The notes beneath the pieces are model-generated. The model saw only the letters and a program-made list of their open reading frames with translations. It was not told where the DNA came from and did not search any database. A stretch of 60,812 bases of DNA, filler included. It is 6 parts of 6 records of this genome, joined end to end, with 100 filler letters (N's around TTAATTAATTAA, not from the genome) between each part and the next. Parts side by side here need not be neighbours in the genome. Positions count along the whole stretch, not along the records: positions 1 to 14,544 come from SRR31156797_7604; 5 more parts are not named here. The stretch is one strand, 5' to 3'. This document shows positions 1-9,582 of this stretch, one piece after another. Position numbers and translations under genes: made by a program. How positions within the stretch are numbered: the first letter of the stretch is position 1; each line of letters begins with the position of its first letter.

Positions 1-153
1 CATGAAAGAAACTAATCGGTTAGTTCAGTTTTTTCATATAAATACTAACAGGCAGGATGAATATGTATATATGACTATCCTATAAAGAAATTCTACTAAA
101 AAACGGTATTGTAAAGGTACGATAAAAACGATTGACATAAACTTAGGAGGAAT

Positions 154-1287
154 GTGATGAGAACCAAAACAATAGGGTATATAATCGTTGGATCCTGCCT
201 TTTGATAATATTGTCATCAATCTCATTTTCATTCGCAAAAAGCACGCCAAGACTGAATAAAGGAAAAAAATGGCGTATTGCTTATTTTGAGGGTGGTCCT
301 TATTCCGACTATACCCAAGTGATGAGAACGCTTGTTGATGGTTTGATTGATTTAGGTTGGATTTCCGATACCAATCCGCCTGAATATCATGGCGATATGC
401 CCAAGCCCTATTGGGATTGGCTGGATAAAAACAGCGGTTCCTATCTGTCATTTAACGAGGAAGATTGTTACACCTCCAACTGGGATAAGCAACTCAGGGC
501 AAAGAATAAAACCAAACTGCTAAGAAAACTGAAGAACCGTGACGTCGATCTGGTTATTGCAATGGGCACCTGGGCAGGTATGGATTTGGCAAACAATGAA
601 CACAATGTTCCCGTGTTAGTGTTATCGACTTCCGATCCGATAGGTGCCGGTATAATAAAAAGCGTGGAAGATTCAGGGTTTGGTCATGTTACAGCAAGAG
701 TTGATCCACACCGTTATCTTCGGCAGATAAGGATGTTCAAGAGAATTGTCGGGTTTAATAAACTCGGTATTACGTTCGAAGATACACCTGACGGTAGAAT
801 TTATTCAGCAATCAACGAAGCACAGAAAGTTGCCAAGGAAAAAAATTTTACAATTATAACCTGCAAGGTCCTTGACACAATACCGGATACTAAAAAATCT
901 GACCAATCCTGTTTGGACTGCTTTCGTGAGCTTTCGAAAAAAGTTGATGCAGTATATGTTACAGCTCTGACGTGTGCAGACAGAAAAACAAGAGAAATTG
1001 CTGACATTTTTATCGAAAATCAAATTCCTTCATTTTCCATGGTGGGCTCAACATTTGTAAAGGAAGGGATCTTATTGAGTATTTCAAGTGATTCTGGTTA
1101 TGCCGCGCTGGCTGAATACAATGCCAATAAATTTGGTGAAATTTTAAACGGCACTCTGCCAAGAACACTGAACCAGATGTTCGAGGACCCCTTAAAAGTA
1201 GCCATCAACATGAAAACAGCTGAAGATATCAATTTTGACATCCCTGGTGGTCTTTTGAAAATCGCCAGTGAGATTTATGGAGAATAG
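154..1287 (+). CDS. ABC-type substrate-binding protein (ABC_sub_bind-like), periplasmic
   Basis: Signal peptide; 'VDLVIAMGTWAG', 'PVLVLSTSDPIGAGII' and C-terminal 'VAINMKTAEDINFDIP' motifs; RBS AGGAGG upstream. Confidence 0.8.
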   Translation: MMRTKTIGYIIVGSCLLIILSSISFSFAKSTPRLNKGKKWRIAYFEGGPYSDYTQVMRTLVDGLIDLGWISDTNPPEYHGDMPKPYWDWLDKNSGSYLSFNEEDCYTSNWDKQLRAKNKTKLLRKLKNRDVDLVIAMGTWAGMDLANNEHNVPVLVLSTSDPIGAGIIKSVEDSGFGHVTARVDPHRYLRQIRMFKRIVGFNKLGITFEDTPDGRIYSAINEAQKVAKEKNFTIITCKVLDTIPDTKKSDQSCLDCFRELSKKVDAVYVTALTCADRKTREIADIFIENQIPSFSMVGSTFVKEGILLSISSDSGYAALAEYNANKFGEILNGTLPRTLNQMFEDPLKVAINMKTAEDINFDIPGGLLKIASEIYGE

Positions 1288-1290
1288 ATA

Positions 1291-3066
1291 GTGCATCAGA
1301 GAAAAGGTTACGCGTTTTTAGCAGTTGTTTGCTTCTTTTACTGGATTGTTGACAGTGTCTGGTCATTTTTGTCTTTTGAAAACAACCTGAAAAATATGAT
1401 ATTCAGCGAACCCACGTCCTTGGTTGATACATTGCTCCTAAGGGTTCCTCCCTATCAAACGGTTTCCCGGATAATGGTTGTTTTTCTGTTCATAATCCTT
1501 GGAATTCTTATTATCGAGTTCATGAAAAAAATGCGGGAGTCTGACAAAAAGCGTAAAGAGGCACACGATACTTTTTTAATGGTTTTAAACAGTATTGATG
1601 CAACGGTTTATGTTTCTGATATGCAGACTTATGAAATTCTTTTCATGAATCAATATATGATCAAAAGCTTTGGCAGAGATATGACCGGTGATGTGTGCTG
1701 GGATGTTTTCACGGGAGGTCCGGGTCAATGTCCTCACTGTCCCATTGAGCAATTGATTGATGATGATGGACAACCGACTGGGGTTTATACCTGGCAAGGC
1801 CAAAATCCAGTTACAGGAAAGTGGTATGTAAATTATGACCGGGCAATAGAGTGGACAGACGGACGTATGGTAAAAATTCAAATTGCTACTGATATTTCTG
1901 AAATGAAACATATGGAAAATCAGCTCCGTCAGGCGCACAAAATGGAATCCATTGGAACTTTGGCTGGAGGAATTGCCCATGAATTCAACAATGTCCTCAG
2001 CATCATCATTGGCAATAATGAGCTGGTCATGGAAGATCTGCCCGAATGGAGTCTCACCAGAGAAAGCGCCGAAGAGATCAGAATCGCAAGTATGAGAGCC
2101 AGGGACGTTGTTAAGCAGCTCCTGACTTTCAGCAGGCAGGATAACGCAGCTAAAACGGTTCTAAATATCAGATCCGTTGTACATGAATCCATGAAGCTGA
2201 TCCGGTCATCCATTCCGGCAAATATAGAAATTCGGGAGAATTTGTCCGATGATGTTTCTCCGGTTCTGGGAAATGCTACCCAGATTAATCAAGTGCTTAT
2301 CAATCTTTGCGCCAATGCCGTGGATGCAATGCCAGGTTCGGGAGGGGTACTGACTGTTAACCTGTCCAACGACACACTTGATCAAGAAAAATCAAGACGC
2401 CATAAAACCTTAAAAGCCGGTCAATATGTCAGTATGGAGATTAGCGATAATGGTGTCGGGATGGATGAGGGGGTACTTGATAAGATGTTTGAACCTTACT
2501 ATACAACCAAAGAAATCGGAAAAGGAACAGGCATTGGTCTGGCTGTTGTCCATGGTATCGTTGAAAAGCATGGTGGCGCTATCAGCGCAGATAGCAACCC
2601 TGGTCAAGGCACCAAATTTACAATCTATCTGCCGGCCCATGAAAGCTTGCCTGAGATTGAGAACGATGAGCCAATTGAATTACCTGCTGGTAAGGAAAGG
2701 GTGTTGTATATTGATGATGAACCATCAATAGCAAAACTGGGTAAACGCCACCTGGAAAGCCTTGGTTACGCTGCTGAATCAACAACAGATCCGTTACAGG
2801 CATTGGAAATTGTTACAGCGAATCCGGATAAATTCGATCTGATAATTTCAGATATGGCCATGCCGGAAATGACCGGTGACCACCTGATTGCTGAAGTTTT
2901 GAAAATTCGCCCTGATATGCCAACGATTATTTGCACAGGTTACAGTGTTACAATATCTGAAAAAGAGGCTGCAAAAATTGGTGTAGCTTCGTTTGTAATG
3001 AAACCTCTGGACAAGGCTGATTTGGCAAAAATCGTCCGAAAAGTGTTGGATGAGGCCAAACGGTGA
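1291..3066 (+). CDS. Membrane hybrid sensor histidine kinase (2 TM, PAS, HisKA, HATPase, REC)
   Basis: H-box 'LAGGIAHEFNN', N-box 'QVLINLCANAVDA', G-boxes 'DNGVGM' and 'GTGIGL', receiver 'YIDDE...ISDMAMP...KP'. Confidence 0.93.
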   Translation: MHQRKGYAFLAVVCFFYWIVDSVWSFLSFENNLKNMIFSEPTSLVDTLLLRVPPYQTVSRIMVVFLFIILGILIIEFMKKMRESDKKRKEAHDTFLMVLNSIDATVYVSDMQTYEILFMNQYMIKSFGRDMTGDVCWDVFTGGPGQCPHCPIEQLIDDDGQPTGVYTWQGQNPVTGKWYVNYDRAIEWTDGRMVKIQIATDISEMKHMENQLRQAHKMESIGTLAGGIAHEFNNVLSIIIGNNELVMEDLPEWSLTRESAEEIRIASMRARDVVKQLLTFSRQDNAAKTVLNIRSVVHESMKLIRSSIPANIEIRENLSDDVSPVLGNATQINQVLINLCANAVDAMPGSGGVLTVNLSNDTLDQEKSRRHKTLKAGQYVSMEISDNGVGMDEGVLDKMFEPYYTTKEIGKGTGIGLAVVHGIVEKHGGAISADSNPGQGTKFTIYLPAHESLPEIENDEPIELPAGKERVLYIDDEPSIAKLGKRHLESLGYAAESTTDPLQALEIVTANPDKFDLIISDMAMPEMTGDHLIAEVLKIRPDMPTIICTGYSVTISEKEAAKIGVASFVMKPLDKADLAKIVRKVLDEAKR

Positions 3067-3070
3067 AGTT

Positions 3071-3131
3071 GCAATTCAGGGGACATCTTACCTAATTGTT
3101 TGGAATTATGTAAAGTGTCACCCCGAATTGC
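3071..3131. repeat. Imperfect ~27-bp inverted repeat (REP-like palindrome)
   Basis: gcaattcaggggacatcttacctaatt - gtttgg - aattatgtaaagtgtcaccccgaattgc. Confidence 0.7.
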
Positions 3132-3327
3132 GTATGAAATCAGAGGCGACATTGCCAGAATCCATTTTTACATGGAAGCCGCTTATCCCGGGCACGGGAT
3201 TATTTCAAGAAAAAACCGGAAATTATTTAAGGCTTGGGCCAAGGCTGATCCGGTGGGCGATTGGGAACGGGAACAGGCCAAATGGATTGAAGCAATTCAA
3301 GGTACCCACAATAAATTTACCGAGTAA
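3131..3327 (+). pseudogene. C-terminal fragment of endonuclease I (EndA/Vvn family)
   Basis: 'RGDIARIHFYM...AW...DPVGDWERE...IEAIQG.HNKF' matches the EndA C-terminus; N-terminal part is missing. Confidence 0.75.
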
Positions 3328-3450
3328 ACGCTATCGGGAGTACCTGATTTTTAATCTATTTGGCTATCAATAGAACAGATATGCCTATCACCATATTGGC
3401 TATTCTGCCTGATTTATGTTAGGCTTTATACATCAATTAGGAGGTATTCA

Positions 3451-3774
3451 ATGTCATATACACCCATTACCGTGCAGCTTCCGGGATGTTGTCAAATGCG
3501 TTTACGGGAAATTTCTCGAATCCTTGATGCTTGGGCAACTGCGCATAGGACCATACAGTTATCAATTTGGCAGGTGGTTTCTGATCCACCTACGGCCTTG
3601 GTCGCTCTTGCAACTACTGACTGGACGTTGTGGCACCAAGCCTTAAGATCTTGTAATCAGATCGCACGTTCACGTTGCATCACTATATGCGAACTTGAGT
3701 TTGCGCATCATGCTATCCGACGAAACGTTAATTTAGAGCGATTTTGGACACAAATGCGTCAGTCATTCGAGTAA
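3451..3774 (+). CDS. Hypothetical protein (107 aa)
   Basis: ATG preceded by a strong RBS (AGGAGG); no recognisable family. Confidence 0.45.
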   Translation: MSYTPITVQLPGCCQMRLREISRILDAWATAHRTIQLSIWQVVSDPPTALVALATTDWTLWHQALRSCNQIARSRCITICELEFAHHAIRRNVNLERFWTQMRQSFE

Positions 3775-3816
3775 CTCAAGTCAACGCCCCACCTGGGGGT
3801 CCGGATCAGGTTTTAA

Positions 3817-3900
3817 AAGGTTGTTTTCCAGGCCGATAAATTTTCTCCATCAACAAAATACCGGAAACGGGCAGACCGGATTGAATGGGAGCATGTTGTT
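3817..3900 (+). pseudogene. N-terminal/internal fragment of endonuclease I
   Basis: Frame reads KVVFQADKFSPSTKYRKRADRIEWEHVV, which contains the EndA 'RIEWEHVV' His-Me active-site motif; homology breaks at 3900. Confidence 0.65.
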
Positions 3901-3989
3901 AATGCCGTCACCTTATTATCCATATGTGCTTTGAAAATGGGCTTGAATATTCCTGTGTCTGAAAAATGGACTGATTTCAGGAATTGATA

Positions 3990-6026
3990 TCATTCAACTC
4001 CCAAAGCCTTATAAACAGCGTCAACAGGGTCCGAATAAAAGCTGGTCTGAAATTTGGCAAATAATTCACCTGGGATGGACGGGATGTCCCCCACGCTACT
4101 CATGGGGATTAGAATCCGCTTTGCTCCGGCATCAAATCCCACCTGGAGGGTTTCAGCAAGATTGGAGGCTTTTTCGATTGTGCCGCCTAAACTCATATCA
4201 CCCAGGATAATCATCTGGCTTTGAATGGGTCTGCCCATCAACCCAGAGCAAAATGTAATAAAACTGCAAAGTGTTATGTTATTGGTTGGGCCGGTGCTTT
4301 GCATTTCAACGATATGAAGATGATAATCGTGGTCTGTGACCTTTGCCATGGAACTGACCCGGGACATGTTGGCTTTAAAATAGTCGTAACCTATTTTTAT
4401 GGCTTCCTTGGATTTGCTGTCGGTACCTGAACCGGAGACGGATAACTTACCGTTCCCGGCGGTCACCTGAAGCTCTAACCGATATAACCCGAGATGACCG
4501 GATGTCCCCGGCATTACGGTATGCATTGTGCCCGGATTCATGGGGCCTTCGGGGATAAGAGAACCGCCGCCCTGTTCCGGCAGGCTTACAAATTTTTCTT
4601 CCAGCGTTTCATTATCAATGTAGCTGAAATGGACATCGTAAAATTCCATCCCACCTATTTTTTTAAGCTGCTCCTTGACCCGCCGTCTGCTTTCCAATGC
4701 GTAAATCAGGCATTTTTCAACAGCATCTTTATCAAAATCACCATGGGGATATATAATTTTTAAAAGACCTGATACGGTTTTCCTGACAGCGATGATGTCC
4801 CTTTGATTCAGGTTGTTGCCGATCTTAAAATATTGATCAATGGCATCGGAAAAGCTTCTTTTACGCATCTCCCTTAAAAATTCAGCAAGGAAGTCAACGA
4901 TCAATCCATATTGATTAGTTAGGAATTCCGGCCTCATCTTTGGAATCTCCCAGCCCGGCAGATAGGTGTGCATCCGGTCAAAAAACGCTGAATCTATCAT
5001 CTCTTCAGGGAAGGGTGCGAACAAGTGGCTGGTTTTGACAAGGGTATCAACGCTTTGATTAATATTTCCCACAAAAACCATGGCGGCATTGGCATTAATG
5101 ACATCCCGTCCCCTGGAAAAAGACCCGGACGCCATAAAGTCTTTCATGATCTGGACACCGTCTTTATCCTTGAATCGAATGCCGGCAACCTCATCAAAGG
5201 CAACCGTGTCCCAGACACCAACGAGCCCCACCTTTCTGCTGCTCATGTTATAAAACAGGTTGGCTACCGTTGTCTGGCCGCCGGATACAAGGATGGAATT
5301 GGGGCTGATCTCTTTGTAAATATGGCTTTTCCCGGTTCCCCTGGGTCCCAGTTCGCAAAGGTTATAATTGTTTTCAACCAGGGGAATCAACCGGGTCAGA
5401 AAGTGCCATTTTACACGCTCTTCAAAAAGGGTTGGCTCAAGTCCCGTGGACCTGAGTATCATGTCAATCCACTGAGTTTCGGTAAATTCTTTACGCCCTT
5501 CAAAAATCGACTCCATATCCAGATTGGGCATCTGGATGGGTTTCAGTTCTGATATCAGGAACGGGGAATCCTTGGAACCCTCTTCATAGTAGTAATTCAA
5601 GTTTAAGATGCACCATATGCCGCCAACCAAAAGCTTTTCATACTGTTTAACGATGTCACTGCCGACTGACAGGCCTTTTACACCGAGATTGGATAAAACG
5701 GCTTCGTAAACATCCCGTTTTTCATTGAGTTTAACCGTGACCTTATCAATGATTTTGAAACTTCCGATCTCCTTGATTCTGGATTTAACTTTTTCAGCTT
5801 CATCCGGGCGGACATAATTATCCGCCAGAATCTGTTTTACTGTTTTAAGACCTTCCTGGATGGTTTCTTCATCATCCACCGCACAATACATTCCTAAAAG
5901 GTATTCCAGCACATACACCGGAACATTAGCCCCTTCTTTAAGAAGTTTTGTCAGGTCTTTTCGAACGACACGGCCTGCAAAATGAATATTTAATAAAACG
6001 TCAATGCCGACTTCTTCTTTTTCCAT
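3990..6026 (-). CDS. brxL: BREX Lon-like protein BrxL
   Basis: 'GRVVRKDLT', 'ANVPVYVLEYLLGMYC', Walker A 'GPRGTGKS', C-terminal Lon-like domain ending 'FYSDPVDAVYKALG'. Confidence 0.95.
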   Translation of the reverse strand: MEKEEVGIDVLLNIHFAGRVVRKDLTKLLKEGANVPVYVLEYLLGMYCAVDDEETIQEGLKTVKQILADNYVRPDEAEKVKSRIKEIGSFKIIDKVTVKLNEKRDVYEAVLSNLGVKGLSVGSDIVKQYEKLLVGGIWCILNLNYYYEEGSKDSPFLISELKPIQMPNLDMESIFEGRKEFTETQWIDMILRSTGLEPTLFEERVKWHFLTRLIPLVENNYNLCELGPRGTGKSHIYKEISPNSILVSGGQTTVANLFYNMSSRKVGLVGVWDTVAFDEVAGIRFKDKDGVQIMKDFMASGSFSRGRDVINANAAMVFVGNINQSVDTLVKTSHLFAPFPEEMIDSAFFDRMHTYLPGWEIPKMRPEFLTNQYGLIVDFLAEFLREMRKRSFSDAIDQYFKIGNNLNQRDIIAVRKTVSGLLKIIYPHGDFDKDAVEKCLIYALESRRRVKEQLKKIGGMEFYDVHFSYIDNETLEEKFVSLPEQGGGSLIPEGPMNPGTMHTVMPGTSGHLGLYRLELQVTAGNGKLSVSGSGTDSKSKEAIKIGYDYFKANMSRVSSMAKVTDHDYHLHIVEMQSTGPTNNITLCSFITFCSGLMGRPIQSQMIILGDMSLGGTIEKASNLAETLQVGFDAGAKRILIPMSSVGDIPSIPGELFAKFQTSFYSDPVDAVYKALGVE

Positions 6027-6034
6027 AAATCCGC

Positions 6035-8653
6035 CTAAAAATCGTTTGCAAATGCAATGTCTATCATTAAGGGCAGCCGCTCATACTCGGTCTCATCTTC
6101 TGCATTTCTTAAAACCAGGGCATATTCTTTTTTATTGTCAAAGGGGCCTGATTTTAATCCAAGCTTCACCGCTTTTTTCCTGTCATCCATGGATGAAGAA
6201 CTGCTGTCAAATGTGATGGTTTCTTCACTGCTGATCAGTTCGTTGCCATCCCTAAGTGAAATTTTTAACGTCCTGGGTTTCATACGGTTTGACACGGCAT
6301 CGGTCTGGATGAACTCAAATCGTGGAATGTTGGTCACAATTTTTTTCATTGACCCCAACATGGAGACGCTCACCTTGCTGATCTGGGATTTTTCCTTGTG
6401 GATGCCTTTCATTTCAGAAGCGGTGACAAGGGGAATAACAATCTCCTGAAGCATTGCCCCACCATGGAAAAATTTGGCACCCCCTACAAAATTAAATCGA
6501 TTTGTAGCCTTTGGCAGCCAGAAGGTCATATCGGTATCGGTATGAGCTGTCTGCCGGGTATTACCTGAAAAGACCTTATCCGATGCGCCCAAATTCTTTC
6601 CCATGAGGAACCGCTTGTGTTTTTTAACCAAACCTTCCGGTTCCATTTCTAAAATACTCTTATCCAGGTTATCCGGTTTTTTATCCTGGTAAATAAAACC
6701 GTGGTCCGCCGTTATCATCACATGGGTTCCGTTCAGGCTGTTGATGATGAATCCCACAAGTGCCGTCAGTTCATCAATGGCGGTTCTGACGGCTTCAAAG
6801 GTCTTATCTTCAGAAACGGCTTTATCCCCAACGGCATCTATCTGATCGTGATAAATATAAATGACCTTATGGGGTTTTACGAATTCACGGCCTTTATCTT
6901 TGCTCATGGCCGACAGATCCGACGCCTTAATGGCCGTTCCCTCAACTCCTTCCAAGATGGCTGCACGCTGTTCCAAAGAGCCGCAGGGCTTGCCGTCAAT
7001 CAACGGGGTTGCAGATTCTGCCTTAAACGACAGTGTGTTATAGGGAAGAAGACAGGCCATGCCAAGGGCCGTATAACCCGGCAGCATGCCGAGCATGGGC
7101 TCAATTTGCGCCTTTAACCGATATTTGCCGTTTATCCGGTCGGCGATCTCTTTTCCGGCCTCATACCGTAATGCATCGCTGATGATGACAAAAATTCGTT
7201 TTCTGTCGGACTTCACATAATCAGACTTTATTTTATGTTTGAAAAAATTGTACTGATTGCGGATATTGGGCAGATGCCAATGTTGAAGCAGGCCGTGATC
7301 CGATTCCAGAAACTCACCCCAGCAAAGGCTGAGTCTGTCCATGAACCAGTTGCTGTAACAGTCTTCGACACTTAAACGAAGCTGTTTTAAAATGTCCCAC
7401 CCGGCCTGTTCCGTTGTATCGGCCAGTTCATTAAAGTGCCTGTAGTATTGATCAAAACAAAAGAGTTCTCCGGTGTATGCGTTGAACATATCCTCGGCAG
7501 ACTTGTAACTGAATCCTGTGTCATATTTCTTTCGAAGTTCAAACAGGTTGATGGATGTGATTAATGCCTGATATGCGGTTTTATAAAGGTTGTCTTTAAT
7601 GTCACCATCAAAGGTGGCATTGGTCCAGTAACCGTCCAGGCGTTTTTTAACCGCATCCTTAATGACTGAAAACTCTTTTTCGGTGTCATTGATGATTTGA
7701 TCTCGAAAAGAGCTTATAATCCGTCTTTCAACATTTTCAAATGTCATGACATCGACAAGATCTTCAATTTGAAGTGTTGCAAGGATCTGGTCCATATTTA
7801 GCTTTTGGGCAAAAAACTTTGACACCCGGTTAAAATTTTTGCAGTGAATGGTATGGGTCTGCCACTGGCTGATGAATACCGATGCATTCATTGGCTTGGC
7901 AGAACCTGTCAGCCTGAAATGCTCAAGAGATACTGGAAGGTCCTTTTTATACTGGTTGGCAAAGTCCGTAACAAAAATTTTGATCAGCAGATCGGATAAG
8001 GCTTGTGTGGATTCAGTCACAACCCCAAAGGTTTTAGCCATAAATTTCCAGAATGAAGGCGCTAACCCAAGTGTTTCAATATCTTTCCAGGGTTTTGAAT
8101 CTTCATCAGGAATAAAAGAACCTGATTTGCATAAAGATTCCAAAAGTTTCATGAGTATGGCAAAGGGGTCGGGCTGTTCCGCCCTTGCCAGGACCGTTAT
8201 CATTTTCAGGTCGATATCATCTTCCCTGTCATCGGGGTCAATCCATTTTTTCAACCGGTCCAGTCGGTCCTGATTCTTGAAAAAGGCTTTGCGCTCTTTT
8301 ATGAACGGCCTTAAACTCTGGTTTTCAAGACTTAGGTCACCCATCAGGATGGATGCTTTGTCGGCGTGGAAGGTGTATGAGTATAATTTTATATCAAAAA
8401 GCCAGTCTTTTTCAGGCTCAGGTTCATACCAAGGTGCATACAGCAGATATTGACTGTTATTGCCCTGTGCTTCGATCCGGATTTTGAGATCCAAGGCGCC
8501 GATTTCATCAAGCCGAATCAAAGCGGCGTCCCCGGCATGGATTGATGACAGACTCTCTTCAAACTCTTTTTCACCGTCGTACCAGAAGACAATCCTCTTT
8601 TTTTCTTCCTTGAAAATCCGGGTCAGCTTCTGATTGATCTGTTTTACATCCAT
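6035..8653 (-). CDS. pglZ: BREX-1 phosphatase/nuclease PglZ (type A)
   Basis: 'RIVFWYD', 'IISDALRYE', 'ITADHGF', 'FFHGGAMLQE' PglZ motifs; 872 aa. Confidence 0.95.
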   Translation of the reverse strand: MDVKQINQKLTRIFKEEKKRIVFWYDGEKEFEESLSSIHAGDAALIRLDEIGALDLKIRIEAQGNNSQYLLYAPWYEPEPEKDWLFDIKLYSYTFHADKASILMGDLSLENQSLRPFIKERKAFFKNQDRLDRLKKWIDPDDREDDIDLKMITVLARAEQPDPFAILMKLLESLCKSGSFIPDEDSKPWKDIETLGLAPSFWKFMAKTFGVVTESTQALSDLLIKIFVTDFANQYKKDLPVSLEHFRLTGSAKPMNASVFISQWQTHTIHCKNFNRVSKFFAQKLNMDQILATLQIEDLVDVMTFENVERRIISSFRDQIINDTEKEFSVIKDAVKKRLDGYWTNATFDGDIKDNLYKTAYQALITSINLFELRKKYDTGFSYKSAEDMFNAYTGELFCFDQYYRHFNELADTTEQAGWDILKQLRLSVEDCYSNWFMDRLSLCWGEFLESDHGLLQHWHLPNIRNQYNFFKHKIKSDYVKSDRKRIFVIISDALRYEAGKEIADRINGKYRLKAQIEPMLGMLPGYTALGMACLLPYNTLSFKAESATPLIDGKPCGSLEQRAAILEGVEGTAIKASDLSAMSKDKGREFVKPHKVIYIYHDQIDAVGDKAVSEDKTFEAVRTAIDELTALVGFIINSLNGTHVMITADHGFIYQDKKPDNLDKSILEMEPEGLVKKHKRFLMGKNLGASDKVFSGNTRQTAHTDTDMTFWLPKATNRFNFVGGAKFFHGGAMLQEIVIPLVTASEMKGIHKEKSQISKVSVSMLGSMKKIVTNIPRFEFIQTDAVSNRMKPRTLKISLRDGNELISSEETITFDSSSSSMDDRKKAVKLGLKSGPFDNKKEYALVLRNAEDETEYERLPLMIDIAFANDF

Positions 8654-9582
8654 TGCCGTCCTTTTGTCGTGAGCCGGTATTTTTGTGTGGGGCTTCTGGG
8701 GGAGTCCGGTTGGGTCATTTCCACCAGGCCCGATTTTAATGCCGGTTGAAGGTAAGTGTATAAAAATGTGGGGCGATGGTTCAAGCCCAGGCGCTTCATG
8801 GCTTCCCTGGCCCCCAGGGGGGATTCTTCAAGATGCTTAAGGAAGTTGATTACTTGTTCGGTTACTTGTTCGGTTACTTGTTCGGTTGGCGTCTCTTCTT
8901 TAATATGTATCCGGTTTGCCAGAAACACGATAAAGCGCAGGCGCATGCCGATCTCCCGGATTTCGGGTTCGGCAAGCCCCTGTTCCTTTGCCTGGCTGAA
9001 GATCCGGGGCACGCCGGTTCCCCATTGTTCGATCAGGTTCGCCTCCCGGAAAAAGCGGGCAATGACCGGGTTCCTGATTTTTGATATCCCCTGTTTCATA
9101 TCTTCCACCGTCATTCCGGGCAAAAGGATGCCGGGGTTTTCGATTTCAATGCGGTCATCAAAAAAGGCGATCCTGACCGGACCACCTCTTTGGGAATAAT
9201 CTGCATGGATCAGGGCGTTAATCACGGCTTCCCGCAGGATGCCAAGGGGGATGCTCCAGATGTCTTTTCGCCGGATATCCGAAAGATCCGCCCCCCGCAT
9301 GGCGTGTTTTTTCAAAAAAAGCATAATACTGTCCACGGCCATGGGCAGGTGGTCGTACAGCTCAATATGGTCAAAAATGTCTGTTTTGGTCAAACCTGTA
9401 AACCGCCCGCACTGGACCCAGACATCTGAAAAATGTTCCTGCCGGTTTTTACCGAACAAAATCACCGCGCCCCTTGAGGGAACAAGTTTTCCCTGGTGGG
9501 GGACCAGCAGTTTAAGTGTTTGAAGTTTGGCCTCGTCCAGGTGAAATTTTTCCCGAACGCTTTGTGCTGCGGCATTAATAGC
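8644..9582 (-). pseudogene. 5'-truncated 'RecG C-terminal-like' ATP-binding protein (HATPase_c_4 + wHTH/Fic-C-like; N-terminal AlbA_2 domain absent)
   Basis: 'LREAVINALIHADYS', 'FDDRIEIENPG', 'SKIRNPVIA', 'IEQWGTG', 'SPRSPTQKYRLT'. Homology runs upstream of the called GTG (LDEAKLQTLKLL...) up to the brxC stop, with no proper start. Confidence 0.75.
8850..8885. repeat. 3 x 12-bp tandem repeat encoding TEQV linker
   Basis: (ttacttgttcgg)x3. Confidence 0.9.

Noticed and set aside
3768-3820. Possible integron attC site after the orphan ORF
   Set aside because: R''/R' boxes do not pair convincingly, and there is no integrase or cassette array.
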